A stretch of 63,691 nt of DNA, the filler included, from Squatina squatina (taxonomy: Eukaryota): assembly GCA_031763465.1 (NCBI GenBank). It is 4 parts of 4 records of this genome, joined end to end, with 100 filler letters (N's around TTAATTAATTAA, not from the genome) between each part and the next. Parts side by side here need not be neighbours in the genome. Positions count along the whole stretch, not along the records: positions 1 to 14,474 come from JARFOE010000234.1; positions 14,575 to 35,052 come from JARFOE010000001.1; 2 more parts are not named here. The stretch is one strand, 5' to 3'. Both the position numbers and the translations under genes were made by a program. Below, one piece after another: positions 13,746-27,088 of this stretch (its first letter is position 1; each line of letters begins with the position of its first letter). The notes below the pieces were generated by a model that saw only the letters and a list, made by a program, of their open reading frames with translations, was not told the DNA's origin and searched no databases.

Positions 13746-14518
13746 GTATATTTAGTGTGCCGCTAAAGTTGGTGTGTAAATGTGGCAATTTTATGGCACT
13801 ACAGTAAGGTTTGTATTTGCAGATGGCTAAATTGGATTTACAAACAAAAACTGTTCATCAATCAAAATGGTGCAGAATTTGGACAGGTCCCAACTGAGAG
13901 CTTACCAGAATAGCTCCAAAAGTAGTCTGAACATAGCATAATATAAGTGATATAAATGGTATTTCGGCCCCAGAGGGTTGTATCGTTTGAAGGCAGGGTG
14001 AAAACTATCAGCAGCACTGCACAGACGGCCATCTCATGTACTCCGGTCTTGGACTAATATTGACGGTCAGTGGATCAGATCCTCCTTCCATTCTTGCCCC
14101 AGCTGAAAGAGCGAAACACAAGGACAATGCAACTGAAACTTTTCAGTGTTTGGAAAGCAGATATATATTCAGAAAAATTGCAGTCATTTGGTGCCACTGG
14201 TGAGTTGCTTTCCTGAAAGAAATGAAAAGTAACTTTGATTCCAGTGGGGAATTCAGAAAGTCCACTTTTAAAAGACAAACAGAAAATATATCCCATTCTG
14301 TTACAAATTTAATTTGACCAGTGACTTTCTATACACCTTACTTCTTATGCATTGTAACCAATTTAGTAACAACATATTCTGACAAGTCTAAGGGGTTGAA
14401 ATTCGGTTACGCTCTGTTTGAGGACAGTAACCGAGGTGAGGCGTGACTTCCTGCGCCCGGCATGGGATTCCCGCNNNNNNNNNNNNNNNNNNNNNNNNNN
14501 NNNNNNNNNNNNNNNNNN

Positions 14519-14530
14519 TTAATTAATTAA
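14519..14530. other. Artificial all-frame-stop linker TTAATTAATTAA
   Basis: 12-mer flanked by 44 N on each side; identical at 35097 and 50956. Confidence 0.95.
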
Positions 14531-15937
14531 NNNNNNNNNNNNNNNNNNNNNNNNNNNNNNNNNNNNNNNNNNNNCTGGGATCACTCAGCCCAGCACTCTG
14601 CTTGAGTGTCGGGCTGATTGCATGGCACCCCCGCTTCCCAGTGGTCCAGGTAGGAGCCTTTTTATTATGCAGAGTATACAGCTTGGGCCCTTCCCTTTAA
14701 TTCAGGGAAGAGCCTCTTGTACGCGGCAGGGCTACGCGGCCCATTGTGTAGCGCTGCTGAGCCGTGTGCCCCACTATCATCCCAGAAAGGAAGTGGAGCG
14801 CTTGATTTAGCATTTGTGGGTGGAAGACCCAATTTATCGTGAGAGGCAAGACTACTNNNNNNNNNNGCAAAGTCTCGCACCTTATACGTGTTACCACCCT
14901 CAAACAGGGCGCTCTGGAGTTTCGAGGCCTAGGGGCTTATTTTCCACCATTTGATTATTTTAATGAAAAAAAAAGATGTCCACTTTCTACTCACATTGAG
15001 GTAAATTTGATCCTGGTTGCACCTGATTTGTAGGCGTAAAACAGGCACAAAAAGAACAATTTTGATGGAGCAACATCATCCTGTTGCTAAGGACGCCTGA
15101 AAAATGTCTGACCCAAAATTGGATATGGCCATTTTTCTAGCTGCCTGAAACATGTGTTAGAGTAATGAAGGGCTGAGTGCTTGTTTAAGGAAACTTACAA
15201 GAGAGTGGGCTGCCCTGAGTGAGGCAGAGCAGGCATTGAGCTTGTGCCGCTCAGGGTTTCAGCACAGAGATATGGCCAAGCCAGCGTCTGCCACCAAAAA
15301 GGTAGCTGAATTTTTTTTAAATTCTGAGGAACTAGGAGTGCATCGCCTTGTCCCTCACCCACCACCCTCCACCGCTCTCCTCCACCCTCCCCAGCCCAAT
15401 ATTAAATTTCACAAACCAAGATAAGCATTTGTGGTTTGAATAAGGATTTTGTGGTATGAATATTGTCAACTACTCATTAAAAATATAAACAGTTTGTCTT
15501 GTCTGTTTTGTATTCAAGATTACATAGAGAATGAAGGACTTTGTAAAGCAGGTGCACACAGCTTCAACTGTCCAATTCCATGTGAAGATACCAAGTACTC
15601 CACCACTGTCTCTTACTCCACTTTTCCAAGTAACAGAGGGTTGCAGTTTCTGTCTCACAAATTTCAGAAAAGCAAACAGTACATCAAGTGAGTAATTTTG
15701 CCTATTGGTAATCAGATTAAAGCTACCAATGTGTGTATTTGTAGGAGGGAATTTTGTGAGACTCCTGTGCCGCCCGTACTGTCTGACATACAGCAGATAG
15801 CCTATCAGAATATTGCAGGTGCACTGCCTGAGATCATNNNNNNNNNNNNNNNNNNNNNNNNNNNNNNNNNNNNNNNNNNNNNNNNNNNNNNNNNNNNNNN
15901 NNNNNNNNNNNNNNNNNNNNNNNNNNNNNNNNNNNNN

Positions 15938-16060
15938 TCTACTGCTATCTTTGTCACTGTTTACTACATTTCCAAGTTTTGTGTCACCTGTAATTATTGA
16001 CAATTTGCCCCCTATGCCGAAGACCAGGTCATTAATATATATCAAAAACAGCAGAGACCC
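15938..16060 (-). mobile_element. CR1 LINE RT fragment
   Basis: IYINDLVFGIGGKLSIITGDTKLGNVVNS, a decayed FADDTKLG motif. Confidence 0.8.
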
Positions 16061-17143
16061 TAAAAACGATCATAAATAAACTAAAGTCTATTATTCAACA
16101 TTAACAATCCATGTTTGTGGATGGTTATGCAGAATTAAATAAATATTGACAGCATTTTACAACAGAAAACATTTTGGTGGAACATAAATAAAATATGATT
16201 TATTTCACCCCCAGGGAAAACTTTGTTTACATTGATATAGCTTACAAGGATCTCAACTATGAGATGACTCAGCAGCAGAAGGCACTGCCACTTACTGAGC
16301 TTATTGGTGAGTTGGACTACTCTATTCATTTTCTAGCTCACAATGGAGAAACAAAATATTTATAGCAATGATTAAAATAAAATGTCAAATGCTGTTCTAT
16401 ATATAACTATGCACTTATTTTGTAGCCCAGAATTTAATAGGAGCGATGGGTTCAATTTTGTGTTTTACATAAGTAATCATGTAGCAATCTAAATTCATCT
16501 TTCAAAGGAACAAGGGAACAGGNNNNNNNNNNNNNNNNNNNNNNNNNNNNNNNNNNNNNNNNNNNNNNNNNNNNNNNNNNNNNNNNNNNNNNNNNNNNNN
16601 NNNNNNNNNNNNNNNNNNNNNNGGTCCATTTATCTCATTGTCAGTGCTCACTGAAAGAAAGCCAGCTTAGCAAGGATCAGTCGTGTGGGAGATATGAAGA
16701 TCCCCCCTCCGGTTATAATCATAACGCACAAAACCATCCTTACTTGAACTAGCTGGCCATCAGCTGTCAACAATAGAGTATTATATTCTCCTCTAATATG
16801 TATTGATATAAAACTCAGTATTACTGCAGCTTACATGGCATGACACAGCTTCAATTCAATTTGTAATTCAGTTCTGGGTTCATGATCAGATTTAACACTT
16901 TATGGCAGCAAATGAAACTGCCCCACACAAAGGCATTTGTATATATTGAAATAACAACTTTGAGCAGTGGGTGCTTCAAGAATGTTGGAATGAAACAAAC
17001 TGCCCATGTTTTGCTCCGGTGGCTAATGTTGTCCATCGAATCCATCAATGAGCTGCTGCCTCATAAACGCACCCTAGACTGAGGTGGTAGTCTACATTGC
17101 TTCCACCAAAAAATAAATATATTAAAAATGTAACACTGCTCAC

Positions 17144-17298
17144 CTATATGTATACTCCGAGACATTGATTCTCCCCTTTTCTCCAGTGGTTTCTGTCCTG
17201 CTCGTTAAGTTAACAGTATTTCCAAACAAACAATAGCGAGGCATCCTCTGGCCTATTACACCAGTGACCACTTCCCCAGTGTGAATGCCTATAGTGAT
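17144..17298 (-). CDS. GUCY1B1: sGC beta-1 catalytic-domain exon
   Basis: ttcag|[51 protein letters not shown](R)|gtgagc; 155 nt; continues the 18574-18714 exon in phase 0. Confidence 0.95.
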
Positions 17299-18573
17299 CT
17301 GAAGTGAAAGAAAAGATTTAAATTATGCAAAATGTTCCAACACTAGCAGCATCCGAGTTGGGAGAAGAGAATGAACAACAAGCAGCTGTTTCTCACATAC
17401 ACGTGTGATTGACATTCTGAGACAAAACACCTCAGTAAAAAATTGAAGGCACATGACATGATTATGAATCATGCGTCTTGATACCAAAGCAGGGATGTCA
17501 CCACCTTAGATTAAATGATCCAAGTGTTGCATAAAATAAATTTGAAACAATTGGAGGTAATTTACCTAGTATATGCTGGCAGTAGGGAGCCTTGTACGCT
17601 GGCAACACACATTGGAAAATTGCATGTCCACTATTTTCCATTATGTGCTGATGGCAGAGTCCTGCACACACTCAGAATTACTCCAATGTCTTCCATTTTG
17701 AGTAAAAACATCTAAGAATAGAATAAGTAAAAGGTCACTTGACCCATCAAACCCAGTAAATGAACTTTGGTCTTTCCTGACGTGCCACATTGCACGGTGT
17801 ATTTTGGTACAGAGCCGACAGTAATTTAATGTTAATGTTCACCTTGTTGTAAGAATGTTTACTTTCCTTGTGTGTTTTAATATCAGGATTGTCCAATTCA
17901 AAAGCTCAAGCGGGCTTTGTTATTTAAAAAATGCATGCACCATGCTTTTGGAACCAGAGCAATAGGTGAATGAATACATGTTCAATCTCTTCCATTGCCT
18001 GATAAATTGACTCAATTATTGGTCTTGTTGTCAGGTGATTTTGCAGCCTTTTACTTGAAGTCGAGCTTGTAAAAAAAATACTTGCATAAAATTATAGCGA
18101 GATTATAAAACAGGGAATATATGGGATTTGAAAAGGCTGATGTCTCGGGAAAGAACAACTGAGCCTCCACGGATTTCTTTGCACCACTTGAAGTTGACTG
18201 CAGTTTAANNNNNNNNNNNNNNNNNNNNNNNNNNNNNNNNNNNNNNNNNNNNNNNNNNNNNNNNNNNNNNNNNNNNNNNNNNNNNNNNNNNNNNNNNNNN
18301 NNNNNNNNCCTCAGGGGAGTGCAGCCAGAGCCAAGTCCATGACACCATGGGTGGCTCAGCTGCACAGAGGGGGAGAAAGAGTGGAAGACAAACAAAAGTC
18401 AGAGCGAAACAGGAATAATTAACGAGAGGGCAATTGGGCAGACAAACAGTGGGGAAGAGAGATTTTTTTTGTCCATGAAGGATTGTCATTGAAGATCAGC
18501 TAGTATATTAAATGTACCACTGATAAGGTGAAGATGTCTAGTTTTTGAAAGTTCACAGCTTTACACAACTAAC

Positions 18574-18714
18574 CTGTACAGGTTCTCCATCAACCTTCAC
18601 TTGTCCTGCGATCTCCATCATATCCAAAGCAAGGTGGCATATAGAACGAGCATGATGGACACATGGCTCTGGCAGGCCACTCACAGTCATGTACTTATCC
18701 CCAACTGTCTCCAC
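18574..18714 (-). CDS. GUCY1B1: sGC beta-1 catalytic-domain exon
   Basis: ttcag|[47 protein letters not shown]|gttagt; 141 nt. Confidence 0.95.
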
Positions 18715-19052
18715 CTGAATAAATAAGGGCAAAGACCAATCTCTTTAAAAGTTGCTTAATAAAATAATGATCAATCTAAAATTAGCAGAGATGCTAAGGG
18801 CGCCCAATTTGAGGTTAAAATTCTAGTGTGAAATCAGCACGGAACTGGCATAAAGGCACGTTAGGCGCGAAAACGCGGGCGCAAAATTTGGCTCCTGTTC
18901 GCGCCGGCACAAAACAGGTGCAAGACCTATAAGGCTCGAGGCCCTGGCTTTANNNNNNNNNNNNNNNNNNNNNNNNNNNNNNNNNNNNNNNNNNNNNNNN
19001 NNNNNNNNNNNNNNNNNNNNNNNNNNNNNNNNNNNNNNNNNNNNNNNNNNNN

Positions 19053-19185
19053 CTAATGGAATCCAGGGATATGGGGATAGGACTGGAATATGAAGTTGAG
19101 GTAGAAGATCAGCCATGATCTCACTGAATGGCGGAGTGGGTTCGAGGGGCCATACGACGTACTCCCATTTCTATTTCTTCTTATG
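19053..19185 (+). mobile_element. CR1 3' end
   Basis: GATCAGCCATGATCTCACTGAATGGCGGAG...CTTATG; near-identical to 58928-59024. Confidence 0.8.
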
Positions 19186-19286
19186 TCTTTCATTTAACAC
19201 CAATGAAAAGCTACTTTAATGCAGAAAATATATACTCTTTTATAAATGCCATAAACTTACAATTTCTTCACAAATGAAAGATATAC

Positions 19287-19420
19287 CTGGGAGAGCACAG
19301 GAAAAGTATATTATCAGCTTCAGGTAAGTAGATCATCTGCCCCTTCAAACGTAAACAGCTGATTTCAGCACCAGTCAGATCATCATCAGATTCTGCCTTT
19401 TCTACATTCAACAAACTTTC
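19287..19420 (-). CDS. GUCY1B1: sGC beta-1 PAS/H-NOBA exon
   Basis: cctag|[44 protein letters not shown](S)|gtatat; 134 nt. Confidence 0.93.
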
Positions 19421-19714
19421 CTAGGGTGGACGCCGGAAAACGTATGTTAAAAAAACTGGATCAAAACACATTCCTTTAGACGCACAGCCACTGGAAGTAG
19501 CTTTAAAACTGTCTAAAATTTCAATTTGATGATATTAGTCCTCATTTTTGCTAATTTTGATTTACTGCCATTGTTTTTCTCTTTAGGTTGGATATTTATT
19601 TATTTCCTTTTGTTTGAGTGTGTTCAACTTTATTGATGGGCCTCACCATTCAAGACACTTTGCCTGACATAGGCCATCCACACAATCCCCTGAACATTAT
19701 CATCTATCTCACTT

Positions 19715-20020
19715 CAACATCAACAACGTGCATTTATATAGCACATTTTAGCATGGTAAAACATTCCAAGGCATTTCACAGGAGCGTTATCAAACAAAAT
19801 TTGACACCAAGCCACATAAACAGATATTAGGGCAGGTGGCCAAAAGCTTGCTCAAAGAGGCAGGTTTTAAGGAGTGTCTTAAAGGAGGAGAGAGAGGTAG
19901 AGAGGCGGAGAGGCTTAGGGAGGGAATTCCAAAGATTAGGGTCGAGTCAGCTGAAGGCACTGCCACCAATGGTGGGACTATGGAAATCGAGGATGTGCAG
20001 GAGGTCAGAATTGGAAAAGC
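19715..20020 (-). mobile_element. L2 LINE 3' end
   Basis: Tail CAACAACGTGCATTTATATAGCAC and typical L2 GGAATTCCA...GCTGAAGGCACTGCCACC region. Confidence 0.75.
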
Positions 20021-20029
20021 TCAGGGATC

Positions 20030-20356
20030 TCCTCCCACCAGCGATCGCTGATACACCCGCACCCTGTTCTTCCGGCCCCTGATCGCTGATACACCCTGCC
20101 CTGCCGGCTGCCCACAAGGCCCACACAGGATGCCTCCTTCCTTCTTCTATGCGGCCTAATGCCATAAGCCTACCCGCCCGGACCACGCCAGCCTCTTATT
20201 CGAGCTGACTGTGGGTGCAAAACAGAGGCTTCCAATGCAAAACAGGCTCTGTCATTAAATTCAGCAGGGCCTGCAGAAAACCCATTCTCCCGGGTTCCGT
20301 GACCCACTTTGAATCCCTATACCCCCAACCCGCCTTCCCCATTAAAATTCTTCCCA
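20030..20356 (-). repeat. GC-rich MITE-like repeat, family A
   Basis: Reverse complement reads GGGAAGAATTTTAAT...GGAACCCGGGAGAATGGGTTTTCTGCAGGCCCTG. Confidence 0.65.
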
Positions 20357-21301
20357 TCCTCTCCACATATACTTGTCCAACACATTCAGAATTTTAAAGA
20401 CATGTATCAGATCCACACAATATAGCTGACTTCAAAATATTGCCCCGGAATTTGTGGTCAGTGGCGAAGTGATGACGATTGCCATCGACCTCGAGGAGAG
20501 CTGCTCACAAAGATCTTGCGACCTCTGTGGTGAAAACTTTAGCTTTCTCAACCTTAATTGATTGTAGCACTGGAAAAAGGGTACAGCAGCAGTGATGCCA
20601 TTAGCTGTCTCAGTAGTTAATCATATTGGAGAATTCTCACAGACAGCAAACCAGGAAATAAAAAGCAGCTTCTGTCATTCACTTCTTAATTTTTTTTTTA
20701 CAGAAAGCAAAATAAAGATTGGGGCAGTAATATAAGGCAGAAGCTGAAATATCTTGCCTGAATGTTAACAATGTTCCCACGCAGCCGGGGAGACATCGCA
20801 AAAGCCGGTTATAGGGCTGTTCACCGAAAGCCCTCATAACCGGCGTTTGCGATCTGTCCAGAAACTACTGAATAGATCCAACGCTGAGGCTACAGAGCCT
20901 ATCCCCAGCGCTGAGCTTTGCGAGNNNNNNNNNNNNNNNNNNNNNNNNNNNNNNNNNNNNNNNNNNNNNNNNNNNNNNNNNNNNNNNNNNNNNNNNNNNN
21001 NNNNNNNNNNNNNNNNNNNNNNNNGAAATACTAGTACTTGAACTGTTTCATTCTGTTTTGCTGTGAACCAAAATGGTTTCAAGCATTAAACAATTAAGAG
21101 ACAAGTCTCCAGACACCTCTGCAAATGACTGCATCATTTTTCTCTCTTCTGCAGTACACTACAGTAAAAATAAGCAGTCATGCATGTTTCAATTACCCAT
21201 TTTCCAAAGGTCAGTAAAACTTGAGGACTTTAAAATAATGTAAATACAAGTAGTTTTTTTTTAACATTCATTATTAAAACATGTTAATATTATGATCTTA
21301 C

Positions 21302-21499
21302 CTTCATGTCTATTTCAGTGCCATGAAGCTTCTGTGAAACAGTCTTAATTATTCCAATTACAATATCTTGTAAGCCTTCCCTTTCTGAATAATAATGTAA
21401 AAGGAGACCTTTTCCTTTATCGGCATCTGTGCATCGGAATGATGGTGCACGCATCCCTGGATAGATTGTAGCCAGGTGATCGTGTAAATCATCTAGGTT
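21302..21499 (-). CDS. GUCY1B1: sGC beta-1 heme-binding exon (proximal His, YxSxR motif)
   Basis: cttag|[66 protein letters not shown]|gtaaga; 198 nt; joins the previous exon in phase 0. Confidence 0.95.
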
Positions 21500-21819
21500 C
21501 TAAGGGGAAAAGATTAACAATTTGTTTTCTTGACGTTTATCAAATCATTTTAAAATAACATGCTTGATCTCTACTTCTTAGCAAAAGTTGAAAACATAGA
21601 TGCAATGTGAAAAATAAGCAGTAAGAAGAAAAATAACTTTTAAAGTTGAACCCAACCTTCTAACTTCCACAATAGAATCATAAAATCATAGGGGATGAAG
21701 TTGCCCTGCGCCCCGATTGNNNNNNNNNNNNNNNNNNNNNNNNNNNNNNNNNNNNNNNNNNNNNNNNNNNNNNNNNNNNNNNNNNNNNNNNNNNNNNNNN
21801 NNNNNNNNNNNNNNNNNNN

Positions 21820-22012
21820 TCTGGAATGCACTGCCTGAAAGGCTGGTGGAAGCAGATTCAATCGTAATTTTCTAAAGGAAATTGGATAAATAGTTCCAAA
21901 GGAATATTTTCCAGGCCTATGGGAAAGAGCAGGACTAGTTGAATGGCTCTTTCAGAGAGCCACAGAGGCACAATGGACTAAATGGCCTTCTTCGGTGCTG
22001 TATGATTCTATG
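21820..22012 (+). mobile_element. CR1 3' end
   Basis: TGGAATGCACTGCCTGAAAGG...AAATGGCCTTCTTC...ATTCTATGA tail. Confidence 0.8.
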
Positions 22013-22168
22013 ATAAATTTTCACACATTTCAATTCAGGTTAGTTTATTTTTGAATTCTATGTATAAATTTAACTATAAGCACATTCAATGGAGTAGATC
22101 TTTAGTAATAATTTATGTTTGTCTGTATAAACTGAAATATGTTGTAAACATATCATAAACACATTTAC

Positions 22169-22287
22169 CTGCAAAAACTCTCTAACATTGGAGCCCAGAA
22201 CACGAAGGATTGTATCGTAGCCAGATTCTTGGCAGAATTCAAAAAACATCTTTCCAAACATCTGCAGAATTTCACCAGCATTGATTT
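22169..22287 (-). CDS. GUCY1B1: sGC beta-1 H-NOX exon
   Basis: cacag|(x)[39 protein letters not shown]|gtaaat; 119 nt. Confidence 0.95.
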
Positions 22288-23494
22288 CTGTGAAAGATTA
22301 ATCGCACAACAGAAAAAAATTCTATCAGACCTCATTTCAAATATCTCAAAAAGGTTTTGCTCTGCAGTTATAACAACTTATATAGCTTGGAGGTGCTCGT
22401 GAATGCTGAGTGACTTCTCATACACTCAATCTTTCACAAATTAATGTACTTATAGCAGTGCAGGCTTAACTTCAAGGCAGCAACATATACTTGGTTATGC
22501 CAAAAACAGCTTAAAAGCTAGAGGCAACAGATTGTTTAAAAAAAACCTTCTAAATGTCTACAAGTCACTTTAGGACTGCTCCAATCTCAAATGCCTTCTC
22601 CCCAAAGATTTATCACAATGACAAAGTCACTGGTGTTGGATCTAATTATTCTTTGATAAGAAATTTGTGACACAAGAAAATCAAAATACAATTACTAAAT
22701 AAACACCGAGGAGGAAGGAAAAGGTGAAAAAAAAAATCAGGCAGGATCACAGTGGAGAATGAGGGAAAATTTAGGCAATGAGGTNNNNNNNNNNNNNNNN
22801 NNNNNNNNNNNNNNNNNNNNNNNNNNNNNNNNNNNNNNNNNNNNNNNNNNNNNNNNNNNNNNNNNNNNNNNNNNNNNNNNNNNNTGGGCCATAAACATGC
22901 ACACACTCACTAGACACACACATAGAAAAATACTGTTCTTGGCCAATTGATCAACCTCCTGGCAGGAATGGAAACATACATCTCTATAACGCTCATCTTC
23001 ATACCGGCATATTAGGAATAATGTTGCAAAATCAGTGACATAAAATGGCTGGCAGCTTCATGTTCATTGAATCTGAAGTTTATTTTTTAAAACACAAGAA
23101 AATTATAAGCTTTTGTACAATAAATTACTAATTAGAACTGAATATAGATAGCACGTATCTCACAGTTTTTCATCACTAGCAGTNNNNNNNNNNGAAAGCG
23201 TATTTCCCTTCTATGTATTTCAGTCTTGCTCAATTGAGTTCTAGGCTTACACAGGATTTCCGTTATTACCGAGACCGGCGCATGTGGATTCGCAAATTGG
23301 GTTTGTTCAATTCAGATACTGATATAACCAATTTCCACTGAAATCAATTAACCCACTTCCAAACACGAACATTCCTGAAACACGTTTAACTGTGTGTTTA
23401 TACAAGGTGTAGTAGAATGTGAATATGTAAAGCAGAGATAATAACTCGGTTTAGAATAATCTGGGTTCATTTTTGTTTATGTGCCATCGCTTAC

Positions 23495-23568
23495 TTGATA
23501 TCTTCCCACACCAGAGGTCCATAATTGCGTTGGATTAATAATTCCAAGGCGTGATTTACGAAACCATA
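23495..23568 (-). CDS. GUCY1B1: Soluble guanylate cyclase beta-1, N-terminal H-NOX exon
   Basis: tttacag|[24 protein letters not shown](K)|gtaagc; 74 nt; not in ORF track. Confidence 0.93.
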
Positions 23569-23636
23569 CTGTAAATAAAAGCAAGAATTGCAATATATGT
23601 GCTTTTACAAACTGTACTAATGTCGCAGGTGCCATT

Positions 23637-23970
23637 GGCCGGAATTTTAATTTGGAGGCAGGTAGGGAGCAGGGGTGGCTGGAAAGTGGTCAGGAAACCC
23701 AGAGAATAAAGGTTTCCCACAGGCCCTGTCAAACTTAACTGCCGGGCCTGATTATCATTTGGAATTAGTTTCCTGCCACAGTTAGCCAGATGGACAGGCT
23801 GGCTGGCTGTTGGGCAGGTAGGCCTGCGGCACCAGGCCACAGAGAGGAGGGAGGGAGGGATGGGATGGGGGGGGTGCAGAATCGGAGGATGGACAGGGCT
23901 CAGGGGGCAGGAGGGTGATCTGAGGCAAGAGGACAGGGGCCGGAAGGCCGGAGGGTGATCAGGGGCCAGA
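23637..23970 (+). repeat. GC-rich MITE-like repeat, family A
   Basis: GGCCGGAATTTTAAT...GGAAACCCAGAGAATAAAGGTTTCCCACAGGCCCTG. Confidence 0.7.
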
Positions 23971-25188
23971 GATTTATTGGGGTTCTAACTCTGTTTCTTA
24001 CAACTGTCTTGCATTCAGCTGCTATTTTGCTCACAGCAACCAAAGTGGGCAGAATGGGTGGGAATTCCTTTGGGGGCTCCAATGGTACTCCTTGATTTGG
24101 AGGAGGAAGAGCAGTTCTTGACGGAATAAGTAAGACCAGTGAAACTTTACCTCACGCATTACGTGCATAGACAGTTCTTCCTGGGCATTTCAGAGGAGAC
24201 TTTTCTTCAACACAGCCTCTTCATAAGGAATAACTGTGCCATCCCTTGGAGGCCAGATTGGAGAGAATCGGTACTACAGGTGTGGTTCTCCCCAAGCATG
24301 AATTAAACTTTTAGGCTACCGGATCCTTCCAAGCCACAACTGNNNNNNNNNNNNNNNNNNNNNNNNNNNNNNNNNNNNNNNNNNNNNNNNNNNNNNNNNN
24401 NNNNNNNNNNNNNNNNNNNNNNNNNNNNNNNNNNNNNNNNNNAGGGAAGTTCACGGGTGTTGATGAAATCTCAGCGCCTGGTCGATAACTCCTTAGCGTC
24501 CTGCTACCGCCCCTCCGCACGTGCTAACAGGAGTGCAAACCAGGTGTATTTCTCCCCCCATATTCTGAAACTGGAGAAATTTAAGATGGAAAGACTACCA
24601 TGTATTATCCATATAGTGTGCCCTGAGGACTGGTTTGGGAGGTAGATGATTTGTTTGAAAAAGGAATAGATGGTGTGACCAGAAGCTGAATATATACAGT
24701 ACAGACTGGATAAGTTATATGCAAAGGTCTCAACAATGCCCACTCCAAGCTGGCATATAGGCTGTTTTTGCCTCTTCCCCGAGATTACCACGTGGTCAGT
24801 ATGTAATCTTATAATTTTCAAACTCTGATTCTCTTACCGTGTCCATAAATTTAAGATGAATGCTGATTTGTGAATGTAATGAATACAGATGAATTTTATA
24901 TTATCTGACTGTCTTGGAATGTCTAGCTCTGAAATGTCAGTATGACAAAAATATGGGAAGTAATTTAAAATATTTAAAACATGATTTTGGATAAATTAAT
25001 ATTGTAAAAGCTTATGAACTAACAATTAAGGTCCTCATGATATAAAATGGTGGCTGTTACAATGAAGTGCTTGTAGCCGAAGACTATAACTCTGAGATTG
25101 CATCATACGTTACATTTTTTGTAATTAAAACTAAATTCTATAATTATACAATTTTTGCAAAATAATGTGCACATTTGTGTATTTACAG

Positions 25189-25391
25189 ACTACAGTTTGC
25201 GTCGGACCAACTCAGTCAATAGTCTATCTCAAGTTGGTGCACCTCTCCCAACCTCTGCATCCAGTCTGCTTCAGTACACATCCAGACCTTATTCCTATCC
25301 TAGTTACCCATTGTCAACAACACTACCTCTTGGTAACAGCAATCATATCGGACAACGGTTATATGTTTCTAGTCATGGGTCTTTCTTCTAA
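25189..25391 (+). CDS. RBM46: RNA-binding motif protein 46, terminal coding exon
   Basis: ttacag acceptor, then ...LQYTSRPYSYPSYPLSTTLPLGNSNHIGQRLYVSSHGSFF*. This matches the recalled RBM46 C-terminus (YTSRPYSYPGYPLSPTISLANGSHVGQRLCISNQASFF). An AT-rich 3'UTR-like tract follows, and 4q32 synteny fits. Confidence 0.85.
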
Positions 25392-26338
25392 AGAACTACT
25401 GTAAGTGGAATGCCCAAATATTGTAAAGGTTTTTTTGGGGGAATGCAAGTTAGCTTTCTAAAAATATTTTTTGTTCAATTGTTACACTATGAAATTTACC
25501 GAGGCACAAATGTGTAATTTTTTTCTGTGTACAAAAGCTTTATCAAATTGTTTTTATGTTCTTGTTAAAGATTTAGAATACTGTTAATGGATTTGGCAAG
25601 TTTTTCATCACAGTGACAATCTACTTGTCTGTTGACCTTCAGTTATCTTATTCCTTAATGCATGCAGCATTATTAATGAATGAAAAAACAAAGTATCACT
25701 GTGATTGTGCATAATTTAGCAAATGGCCCTGGGTTCAATTGTATTTATTTCACAAGATTGGTTTCACCCAGAAAAAAATATTCTGGGACAGGAAATATCA
25801 CAAAATTCCTGTGAACAAGTGCCATAACTCAGACAGGGAAATATATTCCCCCACAAAAGCATATTTCTATGTTATAAAGTTCTTCACAATGCTCATCTGA
25901 CTTGCAGTTTAGTGGGGTGTAAGTCCTGTGCAGGCAAGCTAGTTCCAGTCTGACCTGCACCAGAATGAACTCAGGTGACCCCAAATAACATAAAAACAGA
26001 AAATGCTGGACAAGCACAGAATGCTGAACAGTCCATTTTAATACAAAAAGCATGGGTGCTTATGCCTGAAAATGATGGTTAACTTATTATTTCAATTGCA
26101 TGTTTCNNNNNNNNNNNNNNNNNNNNNNNNNNNNNNNNNNNNNNNNNNNNNNNNNNNNNNNNNNNNNNNNNNNNNNNNNNNNNNNNNNNNNNNNNNNNNN
26201 NNNNNNATTTTTAAAATGTTAGAATCAAAGGAGCTTACTCACTTCCTGGTTCACTGTCTATGAGAATTCTGCATTGTGATTGGTTACTTAGACAGTTTGT
26301 TGATGTCACAGCAGTTCGCACTATGGGATTCCCCATTA

Positions 26339-27088
26339 CCATAGATCCTGGTGTACAAGCCGACCCCGAGTATAAGCCGACCCCTGTCTTTAGAGACCAA
26401 AAAAGGGTTTTTTATATGTTACCTTTGTATAAGCCGACCCTCAGATGCAGCGAGCAGATGGCCGACTTGGGCACTCGGCATGGTGGGATACTGGAGAAGG
26501 ATGTTCGCAGGTGAGCGCTGTTCCATGGTGGGATACTTAAGGAGGCGCACGTGTGTATTCTGGGGAATTGGTGGAGTGGAGCCGAGCTGAGCTGAGGCGG
26601 ACTGAAGCAAGAATGAGCAGCTGCCGGCCGACGTGGGGGAAGAGTAAGAGAGCCGTCTGCGCTCGATGTCGAAGCTGAATAGAATTCAACCTGCCATTGA
26701 ACCTCATGTGTGAGTGAATGAGCGAGAGAGCCGGGAGATGCACTCGCCTGGTTGCTGCCTGCCTCTTAACACCTCTGGGAGGCGCTCGCTGGGCGGTGAC
26801 ATTTTTGCTGCTGTGGGATTTGGCTATGGGATATTGTCTCCACTGACAAGCAGTGCTATGCTTCGAACAGCAACACCATGCTAGTTCGGCACACGGTAAT
26901 GATGACATCATCACCATGCACAGCACCCGCTTAGTGACCCAGCATTGGCTGTCTGCCGCCACTCGCTCAAGCCGCATATCGGTTAAAATTTTTAGGTTAA
27001 CTTTTGATACCCGTTGTATAAGCCGACCCCTAAATTATGCATCTAAAATTCGGGTCCAAATTCTCAGCTTGTACACTGGGAAGTACGG
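26339..27088. mobile_element. Complete non-autonomous Tc1/mariner (Tc2/pogo-like) MITE
   Basis: TA on both sides (26337-38 and 27089-90). TIRs CCATAGATCCTGGTGTACAAGCCGA versus revcomp CCGTACTTCCCAGTGTACAAGCTGA (19/25). Internal (G)TA(T/C)AAGCCGACCC repeats. Confidence 0.8.

Noticed and set aside
13907-14212. Minus-strand segment bounded by TTTCAG and GTAAGC
   Set aside because: Stops in all three frames and no recognisable peptide; cannot be distinguished from chance.
14519-14530. TTAATTAATTAA as a biological palindrome, piggyBac site or CRISPR-like repeat
   Set aside because: Always centred in exactly 44+44 N and provides stops in all frames; it is an assembly linker.
24150-24342. Possible GUCY1B1 first exon (MHVMRE|gtaaag, phase 0)
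   Set aside because: The canonical first exon contributes only the ATG; a single donor-like site is not enough support.
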